DNA of 64,000 nt from a virus. The translations under genes were made by a program, and so were the position numbers. The stretch is from the IMG/VR virus record IMGVR_UViG_3300048918_000175, positions 4,010-68,009 of that record. One strand, given 5' to 3'. Position 1 is the first letter of the stretch; every line of letters begins with the position of its first letter. Shown piece after piece: positions 36,589 to 45,015 of the stretch. The notes below the pieces were generated by a model. The model was not told where the DNA came from and did no database searches. It saw nothing but the letters and a program-made list of their open reading frames with translations.

Positions 36589-36671
36589 TGGGACCGGAGG
36601 GATTCGAACCCCCAATGCCCGAAGGCGCCGGATTTACAGTCCGGTGGTTTAACCAATTCACCCACGTTCCC
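36589..36671 (-). tRNA. tRNA-Tyr(GTA)
   Basis: CCGGA-CTGTAAA-TCCGG. Confidence 0.9.
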
Positions 36672-36744
36672 ATAGCTGGAATCATACCCTTCTTTTACCC
36701 TTATGTCTTCCGACGATCGGGAACCACCCAGGAATCATCCAGCA

Positions 36745-36818
36745 TAGTCATCAAGGGGTTCGAACCCTTAGCCTTCGGCATGTCGAGCCGATGCTCTATC
36801 CAGTTGAGCTAGACGACT
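36745..36818 (-). tRNA. tRNA-Val(GAC)
   Basis: TCGGC-TCGACAT-GCCGA (C33). Confidence 0.8.
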
Positions 36819-36830
36819 GCACAAACTACT

Positions 36831-36907
36831 TGGTAGGCGTAATGAGATTTGAACTCATATTCCCGGCTTATCAGGCCGATGTACTCACCAGGTTATACGA
36901 TACGCCA
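36831..36907 (-). tRNA. tRNA-Ile(GAT)
   Basis: Loop CTGATAA; encoded CCA. Confidence 0.85.
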
Positions 36908-36908
36908 G

Positions 36909-36983
36909 TGGCGGGTGAGGGATTCGAACCCACAACCTCCGGTTTATGAGACCGTTGCTCTATCCAGTTGGAGCTACCCCGCC
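36909..36983 (-). tRNA. tRNA-Met(CAT), elongator-like
   Basis: Loop CTCATAA. Confidence 0.85.
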
Positions 36984-37080
36984 ATACCACCCAGTTACCC
37001 ATATCGGATTCGGTCCTTCGACCGACGGGGCATGATTCAGAGTCATGCCTGAGTGCAGATCCGTTGTAGCGTCCTACAAG

Positions 37081-37155
37081 TGCTCCGAGTGGGATTCGAA
37101 CCCACACCTTACCGATTAAGAGTCGGATGTACTAACCGTTGAATACTACCGGAGC
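37081..37155 (-). tRNA. tRNA-Lys(CTT)
   Basis: Loop CTCTTAA. Confidence 0.85.
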
Positions 37156-37166
37156 ATGAACTACAG

Positions 37167-37238
37167 AGAACCGGGTGGGGATCGAACCCACGACCACCTC
37201 ATTAACAGTGAGGCGCTCTACCACTGAGCTACCGATCC
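37167..37238 (-). tRNA. tRNA-Asn(GTT), G1-C72 type
   Basis: CCTCA-CTGTTAA-TGAGG. Confidence 0.85.
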
Positions 37239-37397
37239 AAAAACGACATTCTGTCAAAGCTCTATCCCGAGACGTTCGCGCGCCTCGCTTCCCCACCGCG
37301 AAATGAAGTGGCCTATGTCTTAACGGTGTCGCCCTCCTCTCGGGCTCTCACACCGCCAGTGTCTAATTTCGGCCATGAACAGTTACAGAATGTACAG

Positions 37398-37470
37398 TGC
37401 GGGTACCGAGATTTGAACTCGGCCTCCATGCTTGGCAAGCATGTGTGCTAGCCGCTGACACTACACCCGC
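37398..37470 (-). tRNA. tRNA-Gly(GCC)
   Basis: CATGC-TTGCCAA-GCATG. Confidence 0.9.
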
Positions 37471-37481
37471 GTGAACAACAG

Positions 37482-37555
37482 TCGAGGTGGTGGGACTCGA
37501 ACCCACAGCCTTCCGGTTCCAAACCGGAGAGTCTGACCAATTGACGTACACCTCG
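37482..37555 (-). tRNA. tRNA-Pro(TGG)
   Basis: TCCGG-TTTGGAA-CCGGA. Confidence 0.9.
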
Positions 37556-37739
37556 TTATGAACTACAGCTTCGTGAACACCCAACTCATAGGTTCACGCA
37601 CCATCTTGTAACCTTCTGCGGCGAGTGCCGCTTCGATCTTCTTCTTGCCCTCAGCGTCGGCTTCAATCATCTGCCAGGTGATGTGATTGAACCAGGCATT
37701 GAGAGGCATGAGACCACGTTCTAGGACTTCCATATAGAG

Positions 37740-37811
37740 TTGCCGCAAAAGGATTCGAACCTATATCTCCCGGGTCAGAGCCGGGGATACTAACCATTGT
37801 ACTATACGGCA
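37740..37811 (-). tRNA. tRNA-Gln(CTG)
   Basis: CCCGG-CTCTGAC-CCGGG. Confidence 0.85.
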
Positions 37812-37816
37812 ATAAG

Positions 37817-37887
37817 ATTACCGGATGGGATTCGAACCCATGATCGCGGCTTTGCAGGCCGCTGCCTTCCCACTTGGCTACCGATAA
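37817..37887 (-). tRNA. tRNA-Cys(GCA)
   Basis: GCGGC-CTGCAAA-GCCGC; U73. Confidence 0.85.
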
Positions 37888-37908
37888 TTTTCGCGGGCCT
37901 AAGCCCAG

Positions 37909-37991
37909 TGCGTCTGGAGGGATTCGAACCCCCACCCCCGAAGGGACCCGGTTCTAAGCCGGGCGCGTCTACCAATTCCAGCCACAAACGC
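37909..37991 (-). tRNA. tRNA-Leu(TAG)
   Basis: CCCGG-CTTAGAA-CCGGG. Confidence 0.9.
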
Positions 37992-38052
37992 ATAACTACG
38001 GGAAGACTTTGTTCTCAGCGACACGCCGAGTTACTTCCCTTTTCTCTTTCAG

Positions 38053-38124
38053 TGGAGGATAGCGGGTTCGAACCGCTGACTCATGCGTGCAAGGCAAGTG
38101 TGTTCCCAGCTATACCAATCCCCC
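38053..38124 (-). tRNA. tRNA-Ala(TGC)
   Basis: Loop CTTGCAC; G3-U70. Confidence 0.9.
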
Positions 38125-38193
38125 ATTGTGCTCTATTCTTTTCGCCGTGACGAGCAGTCACCGCCTCTCTTTATCCCTGATGGCTTGGGTCAG

Positions 38194-38265
38194 TAGCGCG
38201 TACGGGAATCGAACCCGTCTTCCCTGGGTGAAAACCAGGCGTCCTAGCCGCTGAACGAACACGCC
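38194..38265 (-). tRNA. tRNA-Glu(TTC)
   Basis: CCTGG-TTTTCAC-CCAGG. Confidence 0.9.
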
Positions 38266-38270
38266 ATACG

Positions 38271-38465
38271 TCAGAATCCGTTCTTCAACGCATTCTTCAT
38301 TCGATCAACCATCACGTCATCCTCGACGTTGAACAAATCAGCACCCTGGCCGTAGGGTCGATCACCGAGATTGTGCACCAACTGGCCAAGGCGCAGATCA
38401 GGATAAGCAGACCAGAGGGCCTTCAGCAGGTCAGATGCTTCCTTGATCCTCTTTGGATCTCTCAT
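38271..38465 (-). CDS. Small hypothetical protein
   Basis: MRDPKRI...W...PDLRLGQL...FNVEDD, a common phage family; GAGG RBS. Confidence 0.65.
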   Translation of the reverse strand: MRDPKRIKEASDLLKALWSAYPDLRLGQLVHNLGDRPYGQGADLFNVEDDVMVDRMKNALKNGF

Positions 38466-38483
38466 GTAGTTACCTCTCAGTAG

Positions 38484-38556
38484 TGGTAGCGGAGGGCCGA
38501 ATCGCACGGTACTTTCTGGTTTATGAGACCAGCGTGACACAGTTCACTTCCCCACG
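38484..38556 (-). tRNA. tRNA-Met(CAT), initiator-like and degenerate
   Basis: C1xU72 mismatch, loop CTCATAA, encoded CCA; short D arm and TGCGATT T-loop. Confidence 0.6.
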
Positions 38557-38569
38557 ATAGTTCCAACAG

Positions 38570-38651
38570 TGCTCAGAGAGGGAGTCGAACCCTCACCCCT
38601 TTCGGGACCGGATTTTGAGTCCGGCGCGTCTACCAGTTTCACCACCCGAGC
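38570..38651 (-). tRNA. tRNA-Leu(CAA)
   Basis: CCGGA-CTCAAAA-TCCGG. Confidence 0.9.
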
Positions 38652-38657
38652 ATGAAG

Positions 38658-38730
38658 TAGGCAATGTCGGATTCGAACCGACACCTGACGAGATGTAAAC
38701 TCGTTGCTCTTTCCGTTAAGCTAATCGCCT
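38658..38730 (-). tRNA. tRNA-Val(TAC), first tRNA of the array
   Basis: ACGAG-TTTACAT-CTCGT. Confidence 0.85.
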
Positions 38731-38737
38731 GTAACGC

Positions 38738-38770
38738 AAAATCCCGTACCGCTTTGTGAGCGATACGGGA
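38738..38770 (-). terminator. Attenuator terminator upstream of the tRNA array
   Basis: 12 bp stem TCCCGTATCGCT/AGCGGTACGGGA followed by TTTTGCGTT. Confidence 0.75.
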
Positions 38771-38793
38771 CGAAAGAAGAAATTCAGCGTGGG

Positions 38794-38964
38794 CTAAATT
38801 TCGATCTTGACTCCGTATCGTTCACGATTGACTGAACCGCCACCCAGACCCGCTTCATAATTCCAATCCTGTCGCTTGCACTGTCCACCACCGACCAGGC
38901 TTGTCACGGTGCTTTGCGGCAACGCGGGCTTGGAGCTAATTCGGTGTGAAGTAAAGCGTGACAT
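38794..38964 (-). CDS. Putative attenuator leader peptide containing all 20 amino acids
   Basis: MSRFTSHRISSKPALPQSTVTSLVGGGQCKRQDWNYEAGLGGGSVNRERYGVKIEI, lying between promoter and terminator. Confidence 0.65.
   Translation of the reverse strand: MSRFTSHRISSKPALPQSTVTSLVGGGQCKRQDWNYEAGLGGGSVNRERYGVKIEI
38813..38825 (-). promoter_or_regulatory. Antiterminator segment
   Basis: GTGAACGATACGG pairs 12/13 with CCGTATCGCTCAC (38756-38768), the terminator 5' arm plus loop. Confidence 0.7.
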
Positions 38965-39007
38965 AGAATGAATTGAGTTCTCTCGGTGACTTGTTGAACG
39001 TTCTATG

Positions 39008-39036
39008 AATATAACAGCCTTGAGCCTCATCTGCAA
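39008..39036 (-). promoter_or_regulatory. Sigma70-type promoter for the leader and tRNA array
   Basis: GGGC-TTGCAG-17-TATATT, same -35 context as the early cassettes. Confidence 0.65.
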
Positions 39037-39086
39037 GCCCTCGGTTGTCCGATCCGTCTAGCGCGTTCTGTTGTTTTCGATGTTTC

Positions 39087-39094
39087 TATTTATA
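39087..39094 (-). promoter_or_regulatory. T4-type late promoter
   Basis: Perfect TATAAATA. Confidence 0.55.
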
Positions 39095-39704
39095 CAACCG
39101 AGGCTTCTGTAACCTTCGATTTGGACGACTTTGCTCGCTTCCCCACCTGCTTGCTCATGGGAATCTCCTTCGCGACGACTTCGGGAAGTTCCAGAGACTC
39201 GCTGGGTTCGACAGCAGGCGCCGTGGGCTCGTCTACAACGGGATCAAGCTGACCGACGTCAATAGTGATCGGAATCCCGATCCTCGGGAGCGCAGTGACG
39301 AGCGCAGGGTACAGTCCAAGGAGCGTCTGGTCCTTGATGTGATTCAGGATGATTGCTTCTTCCCAGTGCACACCTTCGAGGATGTTGACCCACGCATTCT
39401 CACGCTGGTACGCCGCGACTCGTTCCATCGGCTGGCCCTTGGCGAACGCCTTCACGCGCCGAAACTCAGCGCGGAGCGTCGTCTCACCCATTCCCGCCGG
39501 GATATCCTTCGTGAGCTTCACGTTGGGTGGAAGACCTTCGGGGATCGAACTGATACGGCACTCATTCTGGCCCGCAATCATCATATATCCACGGAACGAT
39601 GAATCGGTCTGGAGCAGGTGATCGGCGCGAGCCGCAATATCGTTCTCATCTACACCCTTGACAATCCAGTCAAGGGCCTCATTCAGTTGGCGAAACTTCT
39701 GCAT
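39090..39704 (-). CDS. Conserved T4-like hypothetical protein
   Basis: LPP...RENAWVNILEGVHWEEA...IKD family, usually found next to rnh. Confidence 0.7.
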   Translation of the reverse strand: MQKFRQLNEALDWIVKGVDENDIAARADHLLQTDSSFRGYMMIAGQNECRISSIPEGLPPNVKLTKDIPAGMGETTLRAEFRRVKAFAKGQPMERVAAYQRENAWVNILEGVHWEEAIILNHIKDQTLLGLYPALVTALPRIGIPITIDVGQLDPVVDEPTAPAVEPSESLELPEVVAKEIPMSKQVGKRAKSSKSKVTEASVV

Positions 39705-39706
39705 GG

Positions 39707-40612
39707 TTAAAACTCCTGTATCAATTCGATCATGTTCCTCATCCGATTCTTGATGAAGAAGTTGAGCAGCATGCCCTTCCCTCTGACGCCCTTCTGCGCC
39801 TCGTAACTATGTATGATCGCCTCAGCGAGCGCGGGAGGCACATTGCGCAGATCAACCATCGCACGGTTCCGATCAAAGTTCCGTCGCAGGTTTACGTCGG
39901 CTCCGTAGATTTGATCCCACGGCAGACGCTTCCATTCCTCGACCAGTTCGGTCTTGAGCGGCTTCTGTCGCGCACCCGTGACGAACGTATCATCAGCCGA
40001 GAGGACATTCGGGACACCATCGCCCTTGTCCCCGCGGAGAATGTGCTCGGTCAAGATCCAGTCAGCAGGTTCCGTTGCCTTCACCCACATCTTCTGGATC
40101 GGTGAGTATTGCGAGACGTTCTCGTGCCGATGGAGTTGGAGGAAGTCGTGGTCGCCCGACAGAATCAAGACCTTTTCGGGCTCGGGATCATCGAATAGTG
40201 TCCCGGTTGGCACCTTGAGGTCATGACTCTGCGAGTGCAGCACCAACGTGGCAATCACGTCGTCCGCTTCCGCCCCTTCGATTTCCACGACAGGATACGG
40301 AAAGAACTCTGCCAACTCGGCCTTCACCTGATTGAGTGCAGCGAACAGGTCTTCCCAGTTGAGACCCGATTCCTCGCGCGCCTTCTTGCGCCCCGCCTTG
40401 TAGTGGACGAACTCTTGCTTGCGCCAGTACTTCCGTCCATCGCAACAGATGACGAGGGAGCCGTACTTGGATCCATACTTCATTTTGTACGAACGAATCG
40501 TGTTCAAGATCATGTGACGGATAAGCCCCACGTCCACATGAATATCCTTTCGCCCACGGACTTCTGCCATCAGTGTCGAGATGGCCGTCTGTGAGTAGTC
40601 AATCAGAATCAT
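39707..40612 (-). CDS. rnh: T4-type RNase H (5'-3' exonuclease)
   Basis: ILIDYSQ, YWRK, YKAGR, EADD, SGDHDFLQL and GDKGDGVPN motifs; start re-set to MILID. Confidence 0.9.
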   Translation of the reverse strand: MILIDYSQTAISTLMAEVRGRKDIHVDVGLIRHMILNTIRSYKMKYGSKYGSLVICCDGRKYWRKQEFVHYKAGRKKAREESGLNWEDLFAALNQVKAELAEFFPYPVVEIEGAEADDVIATLVLHSQSHDLKVPTGTLFDDPEPEKVLILSGDHDFLQLHRHENVSQYSPIQKMWVKATEPADWILTEHILRGDKGDGVPNVLSADDTFVTGARQKPLKTELVEEWKRLPWDQIYGADVNLRRNFDRNRAMVDLRNVPPALAEAIIHSYEAQKGVRGKGMLLNFFIKNRMRNMIELIQEF

Positions 40613-40675
40613 CCTTGCTCGCTTGTGCGTGTCTATACAATTTAGCACACCACGCGCATTACTTCAAGGAGCAGG

Positions 40676-40990
40676 TTAGCCGTTCAGTCCCGCCTCCAAT
40701 TGTGCAAGCGCCTTTTCCACTTCAAGCAGTTCTACGCGCTCCTGTTTCTCTCTGATGCGGCGTCGGTCTTCTGCCTTCTCCAGCGAGCGGCGCACAATCA
40801 ATCCACCTTTCACTGCCCCCAAAACGATTAAGACTGCTGGCACGGTGACAGGCCAGAGCACAGAGGCAAAGAAAACTTCTGGATACTCAGTCATACCCCA
40901 GAAATCATCCACCTTACCAATGACGACACAGATGAATGTCCAGAGTGCGAACGCAATCGGCGCGCCTACGAACCAGATAGCTGGGGTCAC
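40676..40990 (-). CDS. Membrane protein
   Basis: Two TM segments. Confidence 0.55.
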   Translation of the reverse strand: MTPAIWFVGAPIAFALWTFICVVIGKVDDFWGMTEYPEVFFASVLWPVTVPAVLIVLGAVKGGLIVRRSLEKAEDRRRIREKQERVELLEVEKALAQLEAGLNG

Positions 40991-40991
40991 A

Positions 40992-41276
40992 TCAGACTCC
41001 GAAGAGATGAATGGAGATCAAGACACCCGCGATGCCACCTGCAACACCTCCGAGTGAGTACGCGAGCCATTGTCCAATCTTGTCCCCCTCGCCCTCCTCG
41101 TCTTTCGCGAGTTTCTTGAAGAGGAGAAATCCGGTTGTGCCGAGTACGAAGTCAGAGAGTCCCGTGAGCCAGAGATTGCCCTGGCTCACGGCCCGCTGAT
41201 TGATGACGATGATGATATCCGCCACCATCGTGTACAGAAAGATCAGGAGAAGCCCCTTGATCCTTGCGGGAGTCAT
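40992..41276 (-). CDS. Small multi-pass membrane protein
   Basis: Three hydrophobic segments. Confidence 0.6.
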   Translation of the reverse strand: MTPARIKGLLLIFLYTMVADIIIVINQRAVSQGNLWLTGLSDFVLGTTGFLLFKKLAKDEEGEGDKIGQWLAYSLGGVAGGIAGVLISIHLFGV

Positions 41277-41719
41277 TCGGGCTCAATCGCAGCGCATGCC
41301 GCGTCGAACTGCTCTTCCATTCCATCGACGATTGCCATGCAGATGGCGCACGCGACAGCCGCGACAAGCAGACCGTCGAGCGCAAAGATGATTGCCCCGA
41401 CCATGTACCAGAACCGAGTTCCTCGTGCGAATCCCCGCCAGAAGAATGGTGAGTGCATCGTCCTGAGGAACTCTGCCTGTATTCTGTACCAGCGAGACCT
41501 CTTCGGGAGCCGCTGACGCACAATCCACCTGAGGTGTGAGTTCAGTTCATTTTGCACGATGCCTCGTTCTTTGTCGGTGAGGCTTATCTCGTCCGCGAGC
41601 GCGTAGTTGTACGTCGCCACACCGTCGATGTAGAGAACGTCACCGACCCAGGAGAAATCATACCCCGGGAATTCTTCTCGGAGGGCAGTGAGCAGTCCCT
41701 CCCTCAATACTTCTCGCAT
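41273..41719 (-). CDS. Hypothetical protein; N-terminal domain similar to the repeats of 52048..52527
   Basis: LLTALREEFPGYDF...LYIDGVAT. Confidence 0.55.
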   Translation of the reverse strand: MREVLREGLLTALREEFPGYDFSWVGDVLYIDGVATYNYALADEISLTDKERGIVQNELNSHLRWIVRQRLPKRSRWYRIQAEFLRTMHSPFFWRGFARGTRFWYMVGAIIFALDGLLVAAVACAICMAIVDGMEEQFDAACAAIEPE

Positions 41720-41746
41720 GTTGACTCCTGGATCGGTGAGCGTGAG

Positions 41747-42118
41747 TTACTTCTTGGCCGCGGAGTCGATGGACGTCGCGAAGTGTCCGTGTGACTCGGT
41801 GCGCGCATTGAGATAGATGCCTTCATGGCGTGCCTTCACGCGAACCTCGCGCTGCGCTTCCATGAAATCCTGCGCGACCTTCGCGAGCGAATCGGACTCG
41901 ATGGTGAAGTCATACGCCGTGCCGTTCACGCCGCCGCCGTTGCTGAAGCCGCCGCGTACCAACTCGGCTTCCCACGTCTTGTTCAGGATGCCAACCTTCG
42001 ACACCTTGACGATCTGCCCCACCTTCTCCGTCGTGCCCGGTGCTGAGTTCAGCCCGCATGCGGTGACCGACGCGAGGATAGCGAGGCTGATGATGTTACG
42101 GATAGTGCGCTGTCTCAT
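41747..42118 (-). CDS. Lipoprotein
   Basis: LASVTAC lipobox; GxxxKTWE motif. Confidence 0.65.
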   Translation of the reverse strand: MRQRTIRNIISLAILASVTACGLNSAPGTTEKVGQIVKVSKVGILNKTWEAELVRGGFSNGGGVNGTAYDFTIESDSLAKVAQDFMEAQREVRVKARHEGIYLNARTESHGHFATSIDSAAKK

Positions 42119-42136
42119 GTGTTCTCCATTCTGAGG

Positions 42137-43279
42137 TTATGCGACTCGCAGCAGCAAGAGATATGCTGCCGTCCTGCCGTTGAGGGGAGCCGCTTTGGCC
42201 CGCACCCCGTCAAACCATTTCTCGGTTTGATTTTTGCGTAATGCCATAAACTCCTTCAACTGCTCCTCTGGCTTCCGAAGCACTTTCGATCCCGACTTGC
42301 CACCGTAGCCCAGAATCTTCGGGCCCTTGACGTGCAGTGACCCTGCAATCTCACCGACGTAGTGCTGGAGCCGTCGTCGCTTCGTGTCGTACACCCACAG
42401 TTCGCTCGCGCCGAGAATGTCTACGGGGTCGATTGACGTGATCCCGAGTCCTCCATCCTCCTTGGCGTAGCGAAGTCGTGCCACGACCTTCTTCTTGTCC
42501 GTCGGCTTCTTCTTCCGCACCTTCTTGGCCTTCGCGACTGCGACCTGACCCTTCATCGCATCGCGGAGCGTCGTGAACGTTCGCACCGCATTGGCGAGTG
42601 TGCGGGGCTTCAAGTGACGAGTCCCCTCGACCAACTGCTCCTGATCGTCGGACTGGTCTTTCGATGCCTTCGCCGCAGCAATCTCGTTCCACTCGACAAT
42701 GTAGCGGTCAAGATGCGCAATCAGATGACGAAAGTGGGGTTCCTTGAACGTGGGGTCAAAGAGCACCTCCTGCATTGACGGAATGTCAATGTCGTCGCCG
42801 TCTGTGAGAATGTCTGCCGCCTCGTCAATCTCTGAGAGGGTGTCGGTGACCTGTGCCTTGATGCGATCCTGCACCGAGACTCGCGGCTTGTCTGACTCAC
42901 TGACTTCTCTCGCTTCGGGTTCAGTGAGCCCCGCGACGAAATCGTGGATCGTGTTCAGATCCTTGTCCGACAGCGGGAATCCCTGCAAGTGCATCCGCGC
43001 CATTGACGGGATCGTTGACATAATCAACGCCTTCGGGACCCCCTTCCATCTGCGAAGATCGGTTTCTGACTCAGGCGCACGATGCACGCGAATCCAGACT
43101 TCAAGATACTTCTGAAGGTCTTCCTTGCCTGCGCAGTACGCATGCCACGCAAGACCTTCGTTGAACAGCTTGCGATAGTTCGCGGGCGTGATGTTGCCCT
43201 TGTCCTCGTATGTCGGCTCTTGCGAGAAGTACGCCTCGTCGCCTCGCGGGGGACGAACAGAGTGCAGCTTGATTTTCAT
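42137..43279 (-). CDS. Conserved T4-like hypothetical protein
   Basis: SIDPVDILGASELWVYDTKRRRL...KVLRKPEEQL. Confidence 0.75.
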   Translation of the reverse strand: MKIKLHSVRPPRGDEAYFSQEPTYEDKGNITPANYRKLFNEGLAWHAYCAGKEDLQKYLEVWIRVHRAPESETDLRRWKGVPKALIMSTIPSMARMHLQGFPLSDKDLNTIHDFVAGLTEPEAREVSESDKPRVSVQDRIKAQVTDTLSEIDEAADILTDGDDIDIPSMQEVLFDPTFKEPHFRHLIAHLDRYIVEWNEIAAAKASKDQSDDQEQLVEGTRHLKPRTLANAVRTFTTLRDAMKGQVAVAKAKKVRKKKPTDKKKVVARLRYAKEDGGLGITSIDPVDILGASELWVYDTKRRRLQHYVGEIAGSLHVKGPKILGYGGKSGSKVLRKPEEQLKEFMALRKNQTEKWFDGVRAKAAPLNGRTAAYLLLLRVA

Positions 43280-43441
43280 TTGAGACCTCTCAAGTCTTTC
43301 TTCTTGGCCTGAATGTAAGCGGCATCAGTTGTCATGCCTGCCCAATCGGGATTTGAATATGTCTGCGACCCATCGAGCCAATTATCTTCGCTCCAGAGCG
43401 TATACCACCCACGCGAGCGAAGATAGTCGGCTTTTGTTTCT

Positions 43442-43735
43442 TCAGACATTCGCTGCGGGATGAAGAATGACTCCTGTGACCGAGTCCCAGCGAAATGAGC
43501 GCCAGCCCATTGCTTCCAGATCCCAGACGCGGCACGCATCGGGTGAGAACTTTCTCGGCGTCGCCGTTACGAGACGCTCCTGTTCCGCAGCGGGCATGAG
43601 TGCGGGATTGATCGTGCAGCGCATGACGCGCCGCGTTCCGTCAGCCTTGTCGAAGTTCACTGTTGCTTCGAGGTTCCGAATGCCAGCAAGAAATGCGCCG
43701 CGAATGATCGGATCCTGAAAATACGTCTGTGCCAT
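43442..43735 (-). CDS. WYL_2/Sm-like SH3-fold protein
   Basis: FDKADGTRRVMRCT...VWDLE...WRSFR; promoter TTGCGG-17-TATCGT at 43769-43797. Confidence 0.75.
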   Translation of the reverse strand: MAQTYFQDPIIRGAFLAGIRNLEATVNFDKADGTRRVMRCTINPALMPAAEQERLVTATPRKFSPDACRVWDLEAMGWRSFRWDSVTGVILHPAANV

Positions 43736-43805
43736 TTTGTGCTCCTCACGTTTGTTTTCGTGTGATGAACGATACTTAGTTAGACCTCAGACCGCAAGCC
43801 TTGGG

Positions 43806-44405
43806 TCATCCGAAAGAGATTTTCGACTTCCATTCCTCGAAACGAGTGTTGATTCGCATTTCAGTTTCGACCATGTAATGAGGATCAGTGGCGCGAGTGA
43901 TGTAAGGAATTGTGTCGGGGCCGCTTGAGCACTCCATGTCCGAACCACGAGTCGAGTAGTCCATAACAGTCGAATGGGTTCTAGTATGGCAGACCAATGC
44001 AATTGGACAATCCGTTCCTATTAACTGTGCGTCCATTGCGATTTCGCGTGACCGCTTGAACGTTCTACCCCATGAGATGAAGTCATCCCACCAGATCCAG
44101 CGCTTCGCGGGACCGTCGGGGGCAACACCTGATACAATGCCGCTCGATCCGAGACTAGTCTCTCCCGGTTTGCGAACAGCAAAAAGTGGGATGCCCGTGA
44201 GAAACGAAATCGCACCTGCTGTCGGCACGCCTGAATGCCCGCATGCCAGAATCGCATCGGCGTCTAGCTCCTGCACCGCGGCCGCACCCCAGAGGACAAT
44301 TTCCTGCATTGTCTTGATTGTGAAGGCGTCCCGAGTGTGCGACGGACACTTGTCTACAGCATGATCGGTATTCTTGCGGGTGTGCAGCTTCAGAATATGC
44401 GTCAC
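43806..44405 (-). CDS. Type I phosphoribosyltransferase-like protein
   Basis: SG..A, VRK and the PRPP-binding-like WWDDFISWGRT. Confidence 0.65.
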   Translation of the reverse strand: MTHILKLHTRKNTDHAVDKCPSHTRDAFTIKTMQEIVLWGAAAVQELDADAILACGHSGVPTAGAISFLTGIPLFAVRKPGETSLGSSGIVSGVAPDGPAKRWIWWDDFISWGRTFKRSREIAMDAQLIGTDCPIALVCHTRTHSTVMDYSTRGSDMECSSGPDTIPYITRATDPHYMVETEMRINTRFEEWKSKISFG

Positions 44406-44518
44406 GTTTGGTCTCAGCGTTTGAGTTGTCGAGAATCAACAACCGTAGACCGAATTCCGCAATCCTCGTGGTGTCCGTTTCTGCGACAGTCCAATTAATC
44501 CAATATTCCGTAAATTGG

Positions 44519-44556
44519 ACTCCCTCAGTGACACGAGGACCGATCACTGAGGGAGT
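44519..44556. repeat. Hairpin containing the dispersed-element core
   Basis: 13 bp inverted repeat; CTCCCTCAGTGACACGAGGACCGA core also at 12971, 19369 (shorter) and 21281. Confidence 0.65.
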
Positions 44557-44601
44557 TGCACTCTCTGTATTGTAGAGCGGGAGATATCCCGCTGGGGCGT
44601 C

Positions 44602-45012
44602 TTATAGGCGCGAGAGCCACGTGACGTGATTGCGTCTCACTCGCACTGAGATCCACGCATTGTACCACTTGTCGGGGTGCTCAAGGACCTCATGCTGGAA
44701 CTGTAATTTGGCCTCGTAGTAACTGCATTCCCCAAGTGAGTAGCAGATGCGGAGGATCGTGCGCGTGAAGTTCTCGGCCCCGAGGGTTGCCACATCGGTT
44801 GCAATCTCGTCAGACGAGCCGTAGTAGGTCCGCCAGTCTGATTCGACCTTGAATTTCTTTTTCTTCTTCTTGACTTGCTTGCTTTTGGAGAAAAAGAATC
44901 GCTTCTTGCCGATGTATGACTTCCCCGATAGCGTGTTGGAGATGAGGTACACGAAACCAACAGCTTTCTCGGGGATTGCTTCTAGCGGGGCACCATCGAA
45001 CACCCAGTCCAT
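44602..45012 (-). CDS. GIY-YIG endonuclease (T4 endonuclease II-like)
   Basis: GFVYLI...YIGKK...ESDWRTYYGSS...E..Q...YN. Confidence 0.85.
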   Translation of the reverse strand: MDWVFDGAPLEAIPEKAVGFVYLISNTLSGKSYIGKKRFFFSKSKQVKKKKKKFKVESDWRTYYGSSDEIATDVATLGAENFTRTILRICYSLGECSYYEAKLQFQHEVLEHPDKWYNAWISVRVRRNHVTWLSRL

Positions 45013-45015
45013 AAA

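Noticed and set aside
36985-37080. Hammerhead, twister-sister or theta ribozyme
   Set aside because: A three-way junction is present, but the catalytic core consensus sequences were not found by eye.
33966-37993. Short ORFs overlapping tRNA genes (e.g. 33966, 34223, 36426, 36871, 37663, 37802)
   Set aside because: They are translations of tRNA sequence.
38965-39036. Upstream TTG start giving an 80 aa version of the leader ORF
   Set aside because: That TTG is the -35 box itself and lies upstream of the predicted TSS; the ATG at 38964 is the first start in the transcript.
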